Source of the DNA: Amphiscolops sp. MND2022
Lineage: Eukaryota
Direction of reading: 5' to 3'
Length of the DNA: 64,000 nucleotides
Assembly (NCBI GenBank): GCA_964187785.1
Contig: OZ076409.1
Coordinates: 75,146,001 to 75,210,000, forward strand
Both the position numbers and the translations under genes were made by a program. A model generated the notes under the pieces. It did no database searches. It had not been told where the DNA came from and worked only from the letters and a program-made list of their open reading frames with translations. Shown here piece by piece: positions 13,101-25,200 of the stretch; positions within the stretch are counted from its first letter, which is position 1; each line of letters starts with the position of its first letter.

Positions 13101-16100
13101 TTTCATTTTTCTAACGGTCCAGCTTATCTTTGCCATTTTTTCGAAAATGCACTCGTCTAAAGGACTCCCCTGGCCGGTTTTATTCCCAGGAAAACCATTT
13201 GGCCCTAAATACGGAGTTTCAGCGTTCCAGCATTTCCGGGCGAAAAGTTGTGGGACTTAGAAAAGTTCAAAAGTTTTCAAAAAATTTTTTTCCGTTTTCC
13301 GCCTTCCCCCCCTAGGGGAAAAGACCCCCCAACCAGTAATTTGAGTGAATTCATGTGGAAAGGCCATGTTTAGAGGAGAAAAATACCGTTTAGATCGTCT
13401 TTTTATCTTTATTCAACGTTGACTTATGACGTTTTGAAGGTGATGTTTGGAGGTGTGAAGCACGTGAAAAGTAAACGTTATGAGTATTTATCTGATCTGA
13501 AAGCCATTGAGATGCAACCTGTTTTGCTCAAAACGTAATTCATATCAGTTTGGTAGTCAATCAACACCCTTTGTTGTCATTTGACATCTTTTTTTGTTGA
13601 TATAAGAAAAAATTTTGTGTATTTATTCATTTTTTTCTCATCAAATAACTTGAAACAGTTGAGTACATTCCATCCCCCCTTCACGGGGGAGATGAGAATG
13701 TACTCGCAAAAAGCCCCGAACTACGGCCCTTACCTTCCTGAGCTACGCAGTATAAAGATTGCATATTGGTTCCGACATTTTGATAGAGTTATATCTTGGT
13801 AATCTGTCTGGGTATGCAGAAAAACAAGCACGTGCTTTTTTATACCAAGTTGCTCACAACGACATTTATTTTATATCAACGCCCCCATATTTATCAACGC
13901 CCCCCGTCCGTGGGCATGCCGAGGCATGCCCTTCGACGACGTATACCAAGATATACTTCGAGCGCGTTAGCCTAGGTGCCGGGATTTCTATTCGATAAAG
14001 TATGTGGCGCGTGTGGGTAGGGTCCCTGGCGCGCTCTTGGGTATGGTGTTCACCAGCTAGGAAATAGGGGTCGATTTTTCGGGATCTCGTAAACTAGCCA
14101 CACGATTTGGCTGAAATTTGGCACACGTACTCCCCTCGGCACGGTGAAGATGATTTCCTACTGACGTTTTTCCCGCAAAATTTTTTTTGTTGTCCAAAAT
14201 AACGGTTTTTGGGGTAAAATTTTGAATTTTTTTTAAATTTTATCTTATATCTCGCCACCGGTTTAGGCTAGCGCTTCAAAACCCTGCTAAAGAAAGCTTG
14301 CAAACTGTCTCAGGAATGCGGTGTGAAATTTTCAGCTCAATCGGACTTAAACTCGGGGAGATATAGCGTTTTTCCGGAGCGGGGGGGTTTCATTTTTCTA
14401 ACGGTCCAGCTTATCTTAGCCATTTTTTCGAAAATGTACTCGCCTAAAGACCTCCCCTGGCCGGTTTTATTCCCAGCAAAACCATTTGGCCCTAAATACG
14501 GAGTTTCAGCGTTCCAGCATTCCCGGGCGAAAAGTTGTGGGACTTAGAAAAATTCAAAAATTTTCAAAAAAATTTTTTTCCGTTTTCCGCCCTCCCCCCC
14601 TAGGGGAAAAGACCCCCCAACCAGTAATTTGAGTGAATTCATGTGGAAAGGCCATGTTTAGACGAAAAAATTGCCGTTTAGAACGTCTTTATATCTCAAC
14701 CTGACATTGACTTATGAAGCTTTAAAGGTGATGTTTGGACGTGTGAAGCATGTAAAAAAAGGAATTTTTTTGATTTTATTTCATCAGAAAGTCATTGAAT
14801 CACACGCTGTGAAGCCCAGAGCGTGGTTTCTAATAGTTTGGTATCGTTTAAACGCATTTTGGTGTCTTTTTACTCTGTTTAAAAAACTTTTCTCCTGAAA
14901 ATTAATAAATTTTGATTACTTTTCTTACTTTCCATTAATTTTTTTTTCTTATATTTTTACTTGAAACAGTTGAGTACATTCCATCTCCCTTCCCGGGGGA
15001 GATGAGAATGTACTCGCAAAAAGCCGCGAACTACGGCCCATACCTTCCCGAGATACGCAGTATAAAGATAACATAATGGTCCAGACATTTTAATGGAGTT
15101 GTATCTTGGTAATATGTCTGGATTTGCAGAAAAATCAGCACGTGCCATTTTATACCAAGTTGCTCGCAACGACAATTAATTTAAATCAACGCCCCCCACA
15201 AAAATCAACGCCTCCCGTCCGTGGGCATGCCGAGGCATGCCCTTCGACGACGTGCACCAAAATATGCCCCGAGCGCGTTAGCAGCTAGGTGCCGGGATTT
15301 CTATTCGATAAAGTATGTGGCGCGCCTTGGGTAGGGTCCCTTGCGCGCTCTTGGGTATGGTGTTCACCAGCTAGGAAATAGGGGTCGATTTTTCGGGATC
15401 TCCTAAACTAGCCACACGATTTGGCTGAAATTTGGCACACGTACTCCCCTCGGCACGGTGAAGATGATTTCCTACTGACGTTTTTCCCGCAAAATTTTTT
15501 TTGTTGTCCAAAATAACGGTTTTTGGGGTAAAATTTTGAATTTTTTTTAAATTTCATCTTATATCTCGCCACGGGTTTACGCTAGCGCTTCAAAACCCTG
15601 CTAAAGAAATCTTGCAAACTGTCTCAGGAATGCGGTGTGAAATTTTCAGCTCAATCGGACTTAAACTCAGGGAGATATAGCGTTTTTCCGGAGCGGGGGG
15701 GTTTCATTTTTCTAACGGTCCAGCTTATCTTAGCCATTTTTTCGAAAATGTACTCGCCTAAAGACCTCCCCTGGCCGGTTTTATTCCCAGCAAAACCATT
15801 TGGCCCTAAATACGGAGTTTCAGCGTTCCAGCATTCCCGGGCGAAAAGTTGTGGGACTTAGAAAATTTCAAAAATTTTCAAAATTTTTTTTTCCGTTTTC
15901 CGCCCTCCCCCCCTAGGGGAAAAGACCCCCCAACCAGTAATTTGAGTGAATTCATGTGGAAAGGCCATGTTTAGAGGAGAAAAATTTCGTTTAAATAGTC
16001 TTTTTATCTTTATTCAACGTTGACTTATGACGTTTTGAAGGTGATGTTTGGAGGTGTGAAGCACGTGAAAAGTAAACGTTATGAGTATTTATCTGATCTG

Positions 16101-17751
16101 AAAGCCATTGAGATGCAACCTGTTTTGCTCAAAACGTAATTCATATCAGTTTGGTAGTCAATCAACACCCTTTGTTGTCATTTGACATCTTTTTTTGTTG
16201 ATATAAGAAAAAATTTCGTGTATTTATTCATTTTTTTCTCATCAAATAACTTGAAACAGTTGAGTACATTCCATCCCCCCTTCACGGGGGAGATGAGAAT
16301 GTACTCGCAAAAAGCTCCGAACTACGGCCCTTACCTTCCTGAGCTACGCAGTATAAAGATTGCATATTGGTTCCGACATTTTGATAGAGTTATATCTTGG
16401 TAATCTGTCTGGGTATGCAGAAAAACCAGCACGTGCTTTTTTATACCAAGTTGCTCACAACGACATTTATTTTATATCAACGCCCCCATATTTATCAACG
16501 CCCCCCGTCCGTGGGCATGCCGAGGCATGCCCTTCGACGACGTATACCAAAATATGTTCGAGCGCGTTAGCCTAGGTGCCCGGATTTCTATTCATTAAAG
16601 TATGTTGCGCGTGTGGGTAGGGCCCCTGGCGCGCTCTTGTGTCCCTGTTCTCATAACTGCAATTTCCGGCAGCATTCTGAGCGATTTTCTAAACTATCCA
16701 TACGATTCGGCTGAAATTTGGCATGTGAGTTCCTATGACAGTTCTAAGAAACATTTCCTACTGGCGTTTTGCCCGGAAAATTTTTTTTGTTGACTTATAA
16801 CGGTTTTTTTGACCAAAAAATGCAATTTTTTCAAAAAATTTTTTTTTCGGAGTCCATATCTTTTTTCAGGGTGCCCGGAGCGGGACGCGTTAAACTGATT
16901 ATAAACTCTACGGTTCATGGGCTTTACGGAGAACCTAAGCTCGTTTCGATCGGACAAATAGTCTTGGAGATATAACGGCATTTTTTGGGAATTTTTTGGA
17001 AATTTTTCTAACGGTCCAGCTTATCTTTGCCATTTTTTCGAAAATGTACTCGCCTAAAGGCCTCCCCTGGCCGGTTTTAATCCCAGCAAAACCATTTGGC
17101 CCTAAATACGGAGTTTCAGCGTTCCAGCATTCCCGGGCGAAAAGTTGTGGGACTTAGAAAAATTTCATAATTTTTCTAAAAAATTTTTTCCGTTTTCCGA
17201 CCTCCCCCCCGAGGGGAAAAGACCCCCCAACCAGTAATTTGAGTGAATTCATGTGGAAAGGCCATGTTTAGAGGAGAAAAATGCCGTTTAGATCGTCTTT
17301 TTATTTTAACCTGTCGTTGACTTATGTTGTTTTGAAGGTGGCCGTTAGATGTGTGAAGCATGTGAAAACGTTATTAATTGTGTCTATATTCCTTTCAAAA
17401 GTTATTGCGATACACGGTGTACAACTCAGAACGTATATAATTCTAATTTCGCAGTTACAATACAATTATATAGGTGAATTGGGTATCACTAGCGTAAGAG
17501 ACGGTTTTACGGAGCGATTTTGATCAAAGGCGATACGGTTCGTTGAAAAATATTATTGAAGAAAACATTGGTTTTTTCGTAGGTTTTTGTCTAGAATTTT
17601 TAAATGTTTTTTCCGTTGGTTATAGGTGTAGGTTATAGGAGAGGTTGTTTCAAAGGTCCTTCTTTGTTTTTCCTGTTCATAGCATAGATTGTTTTTGATG
17701 GCAGAAGTCGACGACGACCAAGCATACGAGTTTTTCTTTTATTCTCGATTT

Positions 17752-18820
17752 TATTACATCTGCGCATTGGTCGTACGGTCGATATTGAGCGTAAAATACG
17801 GTCTTCGAAACAATATGTGGCCATCGTCGATCAATTTCTACGTGTAAGTATCGAATTTGCCCATATGGTAAAATATAAGAATAGAGGGAATGGGTTTTTC
17901 AAAATCCGGCTCATCAGAAGTTAGCTTGCGGCGTTATGCTGAAGGCCCTTCTGATGATGCTATGTCCCCCCTTTTTTAGTGGGTAACCTATGCCCAAATT
18001 TTTTTCAAGCAAATTTTTCCAGCATTTTTGTTTTTTGAGAGTCTTAACCATAATAAGCAACTGATACATGTTTGTGAAATAATATTATTTTCTGAATTTG
18101 TTTTTTGTTGAAAGTTGTTAGTAGAATCTGAATTGTCTTTCCTTGTAAAACTTATGGTATTATATGAGTTTTTAACTGATGTTCTTGAGAATGAATTCGA
18201 GCAATAAAAGACTTGAAACCTCTTGTACTGTATGTTTGATGTATGTTTATTTTGTATTGAGAGTCAAGTAACAAAAGTCAAGTAGCGGAGACTATTACAT
18301 CTGCGCATTGGTCGTACGGTCATTATTAATCATAAAATACGCTCATTGAGAAAATGCGTGATCATCGTCGTTCAATTTCTACGTGTATTTATAATATCTA
18401 CCTATATGTTACATTATAATAATTGGAGGTGATGGGTTTTACAAAATCCGGCTCATCAGAAGTTAGCTTGCGGCGTTATGCTGAAGGCCCTTCTGATGAT
18501 GCTATGTCCCCTCTTTTTTAGTGGGTAACCTATGCCCAAATTTTTTTCAAGCAAATTTTTCCAGCATTTTTGTTTTTTGAGAGTCTTAACCATAATAAGC
18601 AACTGATACATGTTTGTGAAATAATATTATTTTTTGAATTTGGTTTTTGTTGAAAGTTGTTAGTATAATCAGACGTGTCTTTCATTGTAAAACCTTTGAT
18701 ATTATATGAGTTTGTACCTGATGTTCTTGAGATTGAATTCCACCAATAAAAGACTTGAAAACTCTTGTACTGTATGTTTGATGTATGTTTATTTTGTACT
18801 GAGAGTCAAGTAGCAAAAGT
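17752..18820 (+). repeat. Two-copy direct repeat, period ~541 bp, upstream of RepHel
   Basis: TATTACATCTGCGCATTGGTCGTACGGTC starts at 17752 and 18293. Both copies end in GAGAGTCAAGTA(A/G)CAAAAGT. Confidence 0.92.
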
Positions 18821-19234
18821 TGTTTCATCAGCACATCGGTTTCAAAGTGATGATCTGGTATCTGTTTTTACCACGAACGCGTGTATTCAATAATCTAACG
18901 TTTCTCATCGCTCCATAAGCAAAATGCTCTGACACTAATGTTTCTTCAAAATTCACGTAGGACGAATTCGCACAATAAAGGAACTTAATATTATTAATTC
19001 TATTTTCGCCTTTCAAACGGTGGCAGCGCAAATTTCGTTTACAAAGAACGTGTTTCACTAGTATCCATGTTACGCTCCGTACTTCCGATCTTTCAAGTTA
19101 AAAGCGTTGTGAAATGTTTTGGTTCCATGCGAAATGATACATGTTTCAAAATTCGAATTTATTTAATTTTGCAATTCGTCGCTGGCCTAATATTCTAACT
19201 TGTTAATTTCATTGGAACAACTGAAACTTGCTGA

Positions 19235-22200
19235 ATGTTAACGTCTTTGTTGTTTTCCAGGGTTATGGCTCCAAATAGACGTCGAGGACGTCCAAGAGGT
19301 AGCAATAATCGTAATTCCTGTGTTCAATGTAGAGTTTTTATATCACGTTCAGAAACTCTTTGCGGAGGTTGTGCACTTCAACAAGAGACACAGGAGATAG
19401 ATGTCGCTTCGGATGTACCCGACAATGAATCAGCTCGCTCCTTACAACTAATTGTCCCTGTTATGTGTTCTTTATGTCAAGAAAATGAAGTTTCAGCAGA
19501 TTCTCTTTGCCCTTTATGTTGTCCAATTACCTTGCCTAATATAACTTCTGCAGAGTGTCAAAAATGCAGACGAATACCACCAACCGAACTCAATACAATT
19601 CGAATTCAGGAAATAAAACGAACAACTTTTGGATGTTTTGTTACTGGACGACCCGATGAAACTGTGAACATTTGTAATGAATGTGTTTTGTACTCGATAC
19701 ACAGTCAACGGCCAACATGGGCTGCAGCGTGGCCGAGTGTAATCCTTGATTTTCTCACAGGAAAGTATAACGGATCTGTAAACTGTAAACCTTTTCATAA
19801 AGTTTTACCAAGGAGCATTATGCAGCAATATCAACATCTTTTGCCGCAATCAACGTCTGGCAGTGAAGCAACTGTTTTCGATGATCTGACATCCAAATTA
19901 AATGACTTCAATGTATTGAGAGAAGGATTGTCGATTGAAGGAGTCAGAGAAGCACACAACAAGTATTGCTTCCCAGAAGTAAGATGCCCATTTGGATGCA
20001 CGGAGTTTGTAGGAGAAACTGGCCTGGTTCCTTTTCAGTATTTCTTGCAAAAGTTAGACACGCGGTTCAAATTTAACAGTATAAATTGGAAACACCAACT
20101 GAGATGTGTACGACCAGACTGGCTACTGCAATATATTCATAATGCCGACTTCATTATCAAGCCTCATTTGTATTTTGACAGTGTTAAGGGCCTTTGTATT
20201 TCAACATGTCGATTTCACAATGGTGGTTCAAGCAAGCAGTATGTCCAACCTCCCGCGAATCCAACTGGGAGACTTCCCTCGAAGTTTCCAGACCGCTTGG
20301 GCCCTGCAACTATTACTTACAACTGCTATAAACCGGCTAAACCAAACTTTTCGACGCACACATATTCCATGGGTATAGCAAAAGGAAATTTTGGTGGTAT
20401 CAGCTCAACTACAATTTCATGCAAGCGAAGGTGGGACGTCGCATTTGGTCCAGATGACGTTGCGAGAGAATCTTTGTGCAGTAATATGCGCAAAGATATA
20501 AAACCACATCTCCAAAAACTTGTTCAAAGACGTGAGTTGTCGCAAGAACTTTTCGATAGCATCACCTCATGCAACACTGTCCTGAGTCCTCAAAGTATAA
20601 CGAATTGCCTACAAAACACTACATCTGTGTCCTTTCAACCGTCCTTGGCTGTCAAAGAAATACAAGAAAAAGGAGTCCAGATAGCATATTTCCCGTTATT
20701 CGCACACCCCTACGATGATTACGGCTGTCATCCATCAGATACAGCTATTAACAATACCCAACAACTGCATTTGTGGTGTTTTGTTATCATGTTTTCTTTG
20801 AGTTCCACCTTTCACCTCAAATTCAATCAATCTACGTCTAATGAAGAACCGCTTTTGAAAAAGTTGTTTTCATTAGTGCTGTGTTTCAAAAATAAAGTTG
20901 TTGACACAAAAAGAAAACAAGAGATAGATTCCTGTTTACAAAATTTGTCTGATGACATGAACATCGACTTCGTCCAAAAGTTGAGTTCCCTTCTAAACAC
21001 CATTTCGTGTTGCAAAAACAATGACGTTAACGACAGACAGAATGTTGAAACTATTTTAATGTCGTCTAATAATGATGATATTGTCAGCTTTGTGAACAGC
21101 AATGAAAGAAGTAACCCTGATGTGTTTCTGCCAGATAGAGTAATCACACAAGATAGAGAGGCCACATATGAGCTCCGTTCTATCACTTTGTTGGAAGGAA
21201 CCATTGCTAGAACGGTTGTCCGACACGGACATCATTTTGGTTGTTGGTGGATATATACAAGTAATTCCAAAGTGCCAGTTAAAGTGGACGTAAACGACAC
21301 AGCAACGATGGCAAAATTTCATTCAGCGTGGAACTCGTGTCATTATGAAATAATCGATTCTGAAAAAATACGTGAGTCTAAATATCAATATTTGGAACAT
21401 CTTGGTGGACAAGGTAAATTCATTTGTGAAGACCACCAATGTCCACTAACAGTCGTCAATCGGAAGCTCTCAATCATGTGTAGTTTCATAGAACGTTGTC
21501 CTCGTAAAGCAGCATGGCTCTGTCCTGTGACTGATTGCAGATCCTCTGTTTGTCAGAAACACTTTAAAACAGAAATTCTCAGTGATGAGCGAATTTTCAT
21601 TAGAGCTACTACCGCAGAAACAAACAGCCAAAGTTCAACAAGTAATATAACTTTGGAGTTGAATCAACCCGCTGATGATCATTCAGATGTATCGGATCCC
21701 GAATCGGAAACAGATGAATTCTCGTTTGTCAATTTTGCAACTGATTCCGGTCCAGTCAACGATGATGATGGTTTGCATAATACCGATTCTGGAGATGCTC
21801 CTACAGTTTGTGATACATTCGATAAGAGTATACCTACCCACGTACTACTAAACTCTGACTGTCATGTTCTACAAAGACACAGTCACAGGAATGAAAGAAG
21901 CAAAAACAATACAAGGTTCCTACAAAACATTGTTGCATCCTCGGTTGGTGAATCAGTGCCTTTACTTTACCCAGACGCTGCACTTTTTCCAACTCACTTT
22001 TTTCACGAACAAAAAGACAGAACCATTACTGGCGCCCTTCCTGCCCCACTCTATAATCAAACGCAAAGCAAATTATTCAATTTCGCAGATATTGAGGAAC
22101 ACAAGAAAACCGCCCTGCTGAACCCTAATCTTCTACAATCGACAGACATCCGAAGTTTGCAAACATCATTCGATGCAGTTTTCAACAAAAACCTTAGTTT

Positions 22201-25200
22201 TACTGACACCAGAATTGTTTTGAATCGCGGATTTCAAGAAGTGTCGGAGAAGAAGCAAAAATCAATATCACCAGATAATACGAGACTTCAATTTGACAGT
22301 GCAGACTCCAGAGTTAGAGTAAATGAATTAGCTGCTCTTCTCTCGGAAGAACCTGCTACATTCTTCCTCACCTTGACGTGTAACCAGAAAGAACATTTTG
22401 GTGTAGCACCCCTGTTCGAAGCACTGGAAAGAAATTTCAATAGAAACAATAAAGAAGAATGGGAAAAGGCCGTGCAAGCAGAAATTGTTCTGTTCACACG
22501 AGCGTGGTATCGTTCAGCAAATGCAATTATGGAATACATTGAAAAATCTCCGGAGAAACCCTTGGGAACCGTCACGAAACTGTGGTATCGATTCGAATTC
22601 CAGTCTACCAAAGGAAATTTACCTCATATACATGCTGTCATTTGGACAAAAGAAAACCATGACGAACTACAACACAAAGTGTCCTGCTCTGGCTCGTCGG
22701 CGTTATTTGAGTTGCACAAAATTGCCGCAGAAACAAATATGATACCAATAGAAGAAGTTTCTGACATTTGGCACTTATTGATGTCAGTACAGACACACTC
22801 CTGTGAAAAAGCCAACTACAGATGCCATAAAGTTATTAAAAACGATGGTTCTAGTCTTTGCAGGGTTCCTAGGTACCCTCATTCTAATAAGTACTCATGG
22901 CGAAAAGTTCCTTCATACCATTCGGACGAAGCACTGGAGAAACTTCATCACCTTGACCTGGCAGTACCTTCTCGTAGTAGAGACCACACCTATGATGTTT
23001 GCTCGATACTTCAAGGCGGTAAATACGAGTACCCGGCTTCTTCGGATGAACACTTGTCACCATTCAATGTTCTTCTTTTTGTGCTGACAAAATCATCTCA
23101 AAATCTGCAACTTTGTGACGATTATCTGTCTGCCAGATATATTGCTAAATATGCAGCTGGCATTGAAGAACGAGCAGACGCTCGCGTGGATCCTGTTACA
23201 TTCAGAGACATCAATGTTCATACGAAGGGAATCAGAAACATCAAACTTGCTGGAGTAAAACAACAAAATAAAGTTACAGACAAAAAGACTTTGGTTCAGA
23301 TAATTCCCCTAGTGGAATCCATCTGGTGGTTATTGGGTTTCAATTATGTATACAGTTCGGTGAAATTTATACATTTGTCAACCCATGAAAAAACTGAGAG
23401 ATCCACAGTTTTGAAAAATAGACCTACAGCACAACCGTCTGCTTCATTACCGCTACATATAGTTAAAAATGCCACCTTGCCACCATTCCGACAATACACG
23501 CAATCACAGCTTTTATTATTCAGAGACTACCAATCAAGTGATTACGCCAGTTGCAAAATTTCAATTTTTTGTGGTCGACCTCCTCCTCTGTTGTTCGTTG
23601 ACAACCCACGTTTGTATTTCACATGGTTCGCACGATGTCACGTCAAGAAACCTGAGCTTAAAATTACAACTGACGTGAACACTTCCTTTTGGATTGATTT
23701 GTTTGGTAATGCTGTATACTTGAGGAAGAATTATTTGAACGACTTCAATGAATATTTGCAAAGAGTAACATCTGAAGGTCATCCAAGTCTATACAAGTTC
23801 AACGCTGACACTTCAATGATTATGTTACAAAATGACAGAAGTGGGCTGAAAACAATAGATGACTCTTTAGTTCAAGTAGTAACATCGAACATCTTACCGT
23901 CCAATCCATTCAAATTCCTAGTACACTTCGTTCTATCGTATGGACACTTTGAAACTGAAACGGAACTGTTCAACCAATCAAATTTCTTAGAAGTCCTCCA
24001 ACATTCTAAACTTTTGCCCCAAAGAGATGCGTACAGTGATCAAGATGCCTACACATTGATTCGAAAGTATGTTTTATCCGAATTGAAATTTTTACCTGGC
24101 GCAAGTCGTTCCTTCGATCGTCATCTAATTGCAAGTTATGACCTCTTTACAAATCTTGTGCTGAGTAGAGATATTCAAAATTTCACACCGCCACTAGTTT
24201 TACATCGTGCTATATCGGAGGAAGAAGAGGTAAAGTACCAGTTGTTTAATTATGAAAAAAGAAAGAGATGTGTGCAAGGAAGTCTGTTGAATAATGCTCT
24301 GACGCCGCTGACATGTTATCAAGATCAGATTGTGAATGCAACACGACAGAATCCTTTCCAATACACATGCAATTTCCCCCGAGCTGTAGGACAATCAGAT
24401 GAGTCACTAGAATTTCAAAAAAGAGTTTTCAACAATTGTCTCATTAAGTTAGAAGAGTTCATTAATGGAAGTCAAGGCTTTGTGAAACACCAATCCTTTT
24501 TAGGACGACCAGGAAGTGGAAAAACTCTCGTATGTACCATGCTCTTCATGCGAGCCATCGCCAAAGGACTCAATGGTTCAATCACATGTCTAAGTGGTGA
24601 ACGCGCTCAACAACTTGGCGGTGAGCATGTTCACAAAATGTTCAAGTTTCGTGTCAATAGAAGTAAAGTACCCGAACACATGGCTAGCCAGAGTATCAAT
24701 GCCCTTCTAAGAGACGTAACACGGTTCACCGATTTAGAACGTTTAGAAGTCCTCTTCATTGATGAAGTTGGGCAGTTGAACAGCGAACTACTTTGCGCAA
24801 TGGAAATGGTACTGCAGCATGTGCGAGATAATAAACTGCCAATGGGTGGTGTGTTCACAATAATGAGTGGGGACCCCAAACAACTGAAGCCGCCTGATGG
24901 TTCTCTAGTTTGGTTGTCACCCAAATTACTCACTAACTATGACTTTCATTACTTCAGACATTACGTTCGAGCAATACCAGGTTTACTGCGTGAAGTTCTA
25001 ACTCGACTTGACGAAACTGATATTTCCGAGTCTGAAGCCACAGAAATAGCTGAAAGAATAACATCTGCATGTGTGATCAAGTCGTCCTGGAGCGACGAAA
25101 CAGATACTTTTGCAATGCGCGTTTTCAGCACTCGAGCAGCTGAACAACAAGCTGTATTACTACATTCCCAGAAAATTACCAATGATGTCAATTGCACTTG

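Larger units (their letters stand above)
1..16575 (+). mobile_element. One partial and 12 complete non-autonomous ~1.28-kb units
   Basis: Unit lengths are 1287, 1292, 1281, 1287, 1261, 1266, 1279, 1282, 1287, 1288, 1313 and 1287. They share the core CCTAAAG(G/A)CCTCCCCTGGCCG..AAACCATTTGGCCC and CTAG ends, and have no credible ORF. Confidence 0.85.

Noticed and set aside
187..16575. Many recurring 60-150 aa ORFs (e.g. MKFSAQSDSNSGRYSVFPERGG.., MAVWQSINTL..)
   Set aside because: They recur only because the units are repeated. Many have non-ATG starts, homopolymer indels shift frames between copies, and none has a recognisable motif.
17890..17990. Hammerhead ribozyme suggested by CTGATGA on both strands
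   Set aside because: There is no stem II followed by GAAA on the plus strand. On the minus strand the GAAA is not preceded by a paired stem and is not conserved in the second copy. The motif is explained by the inverted repeat.
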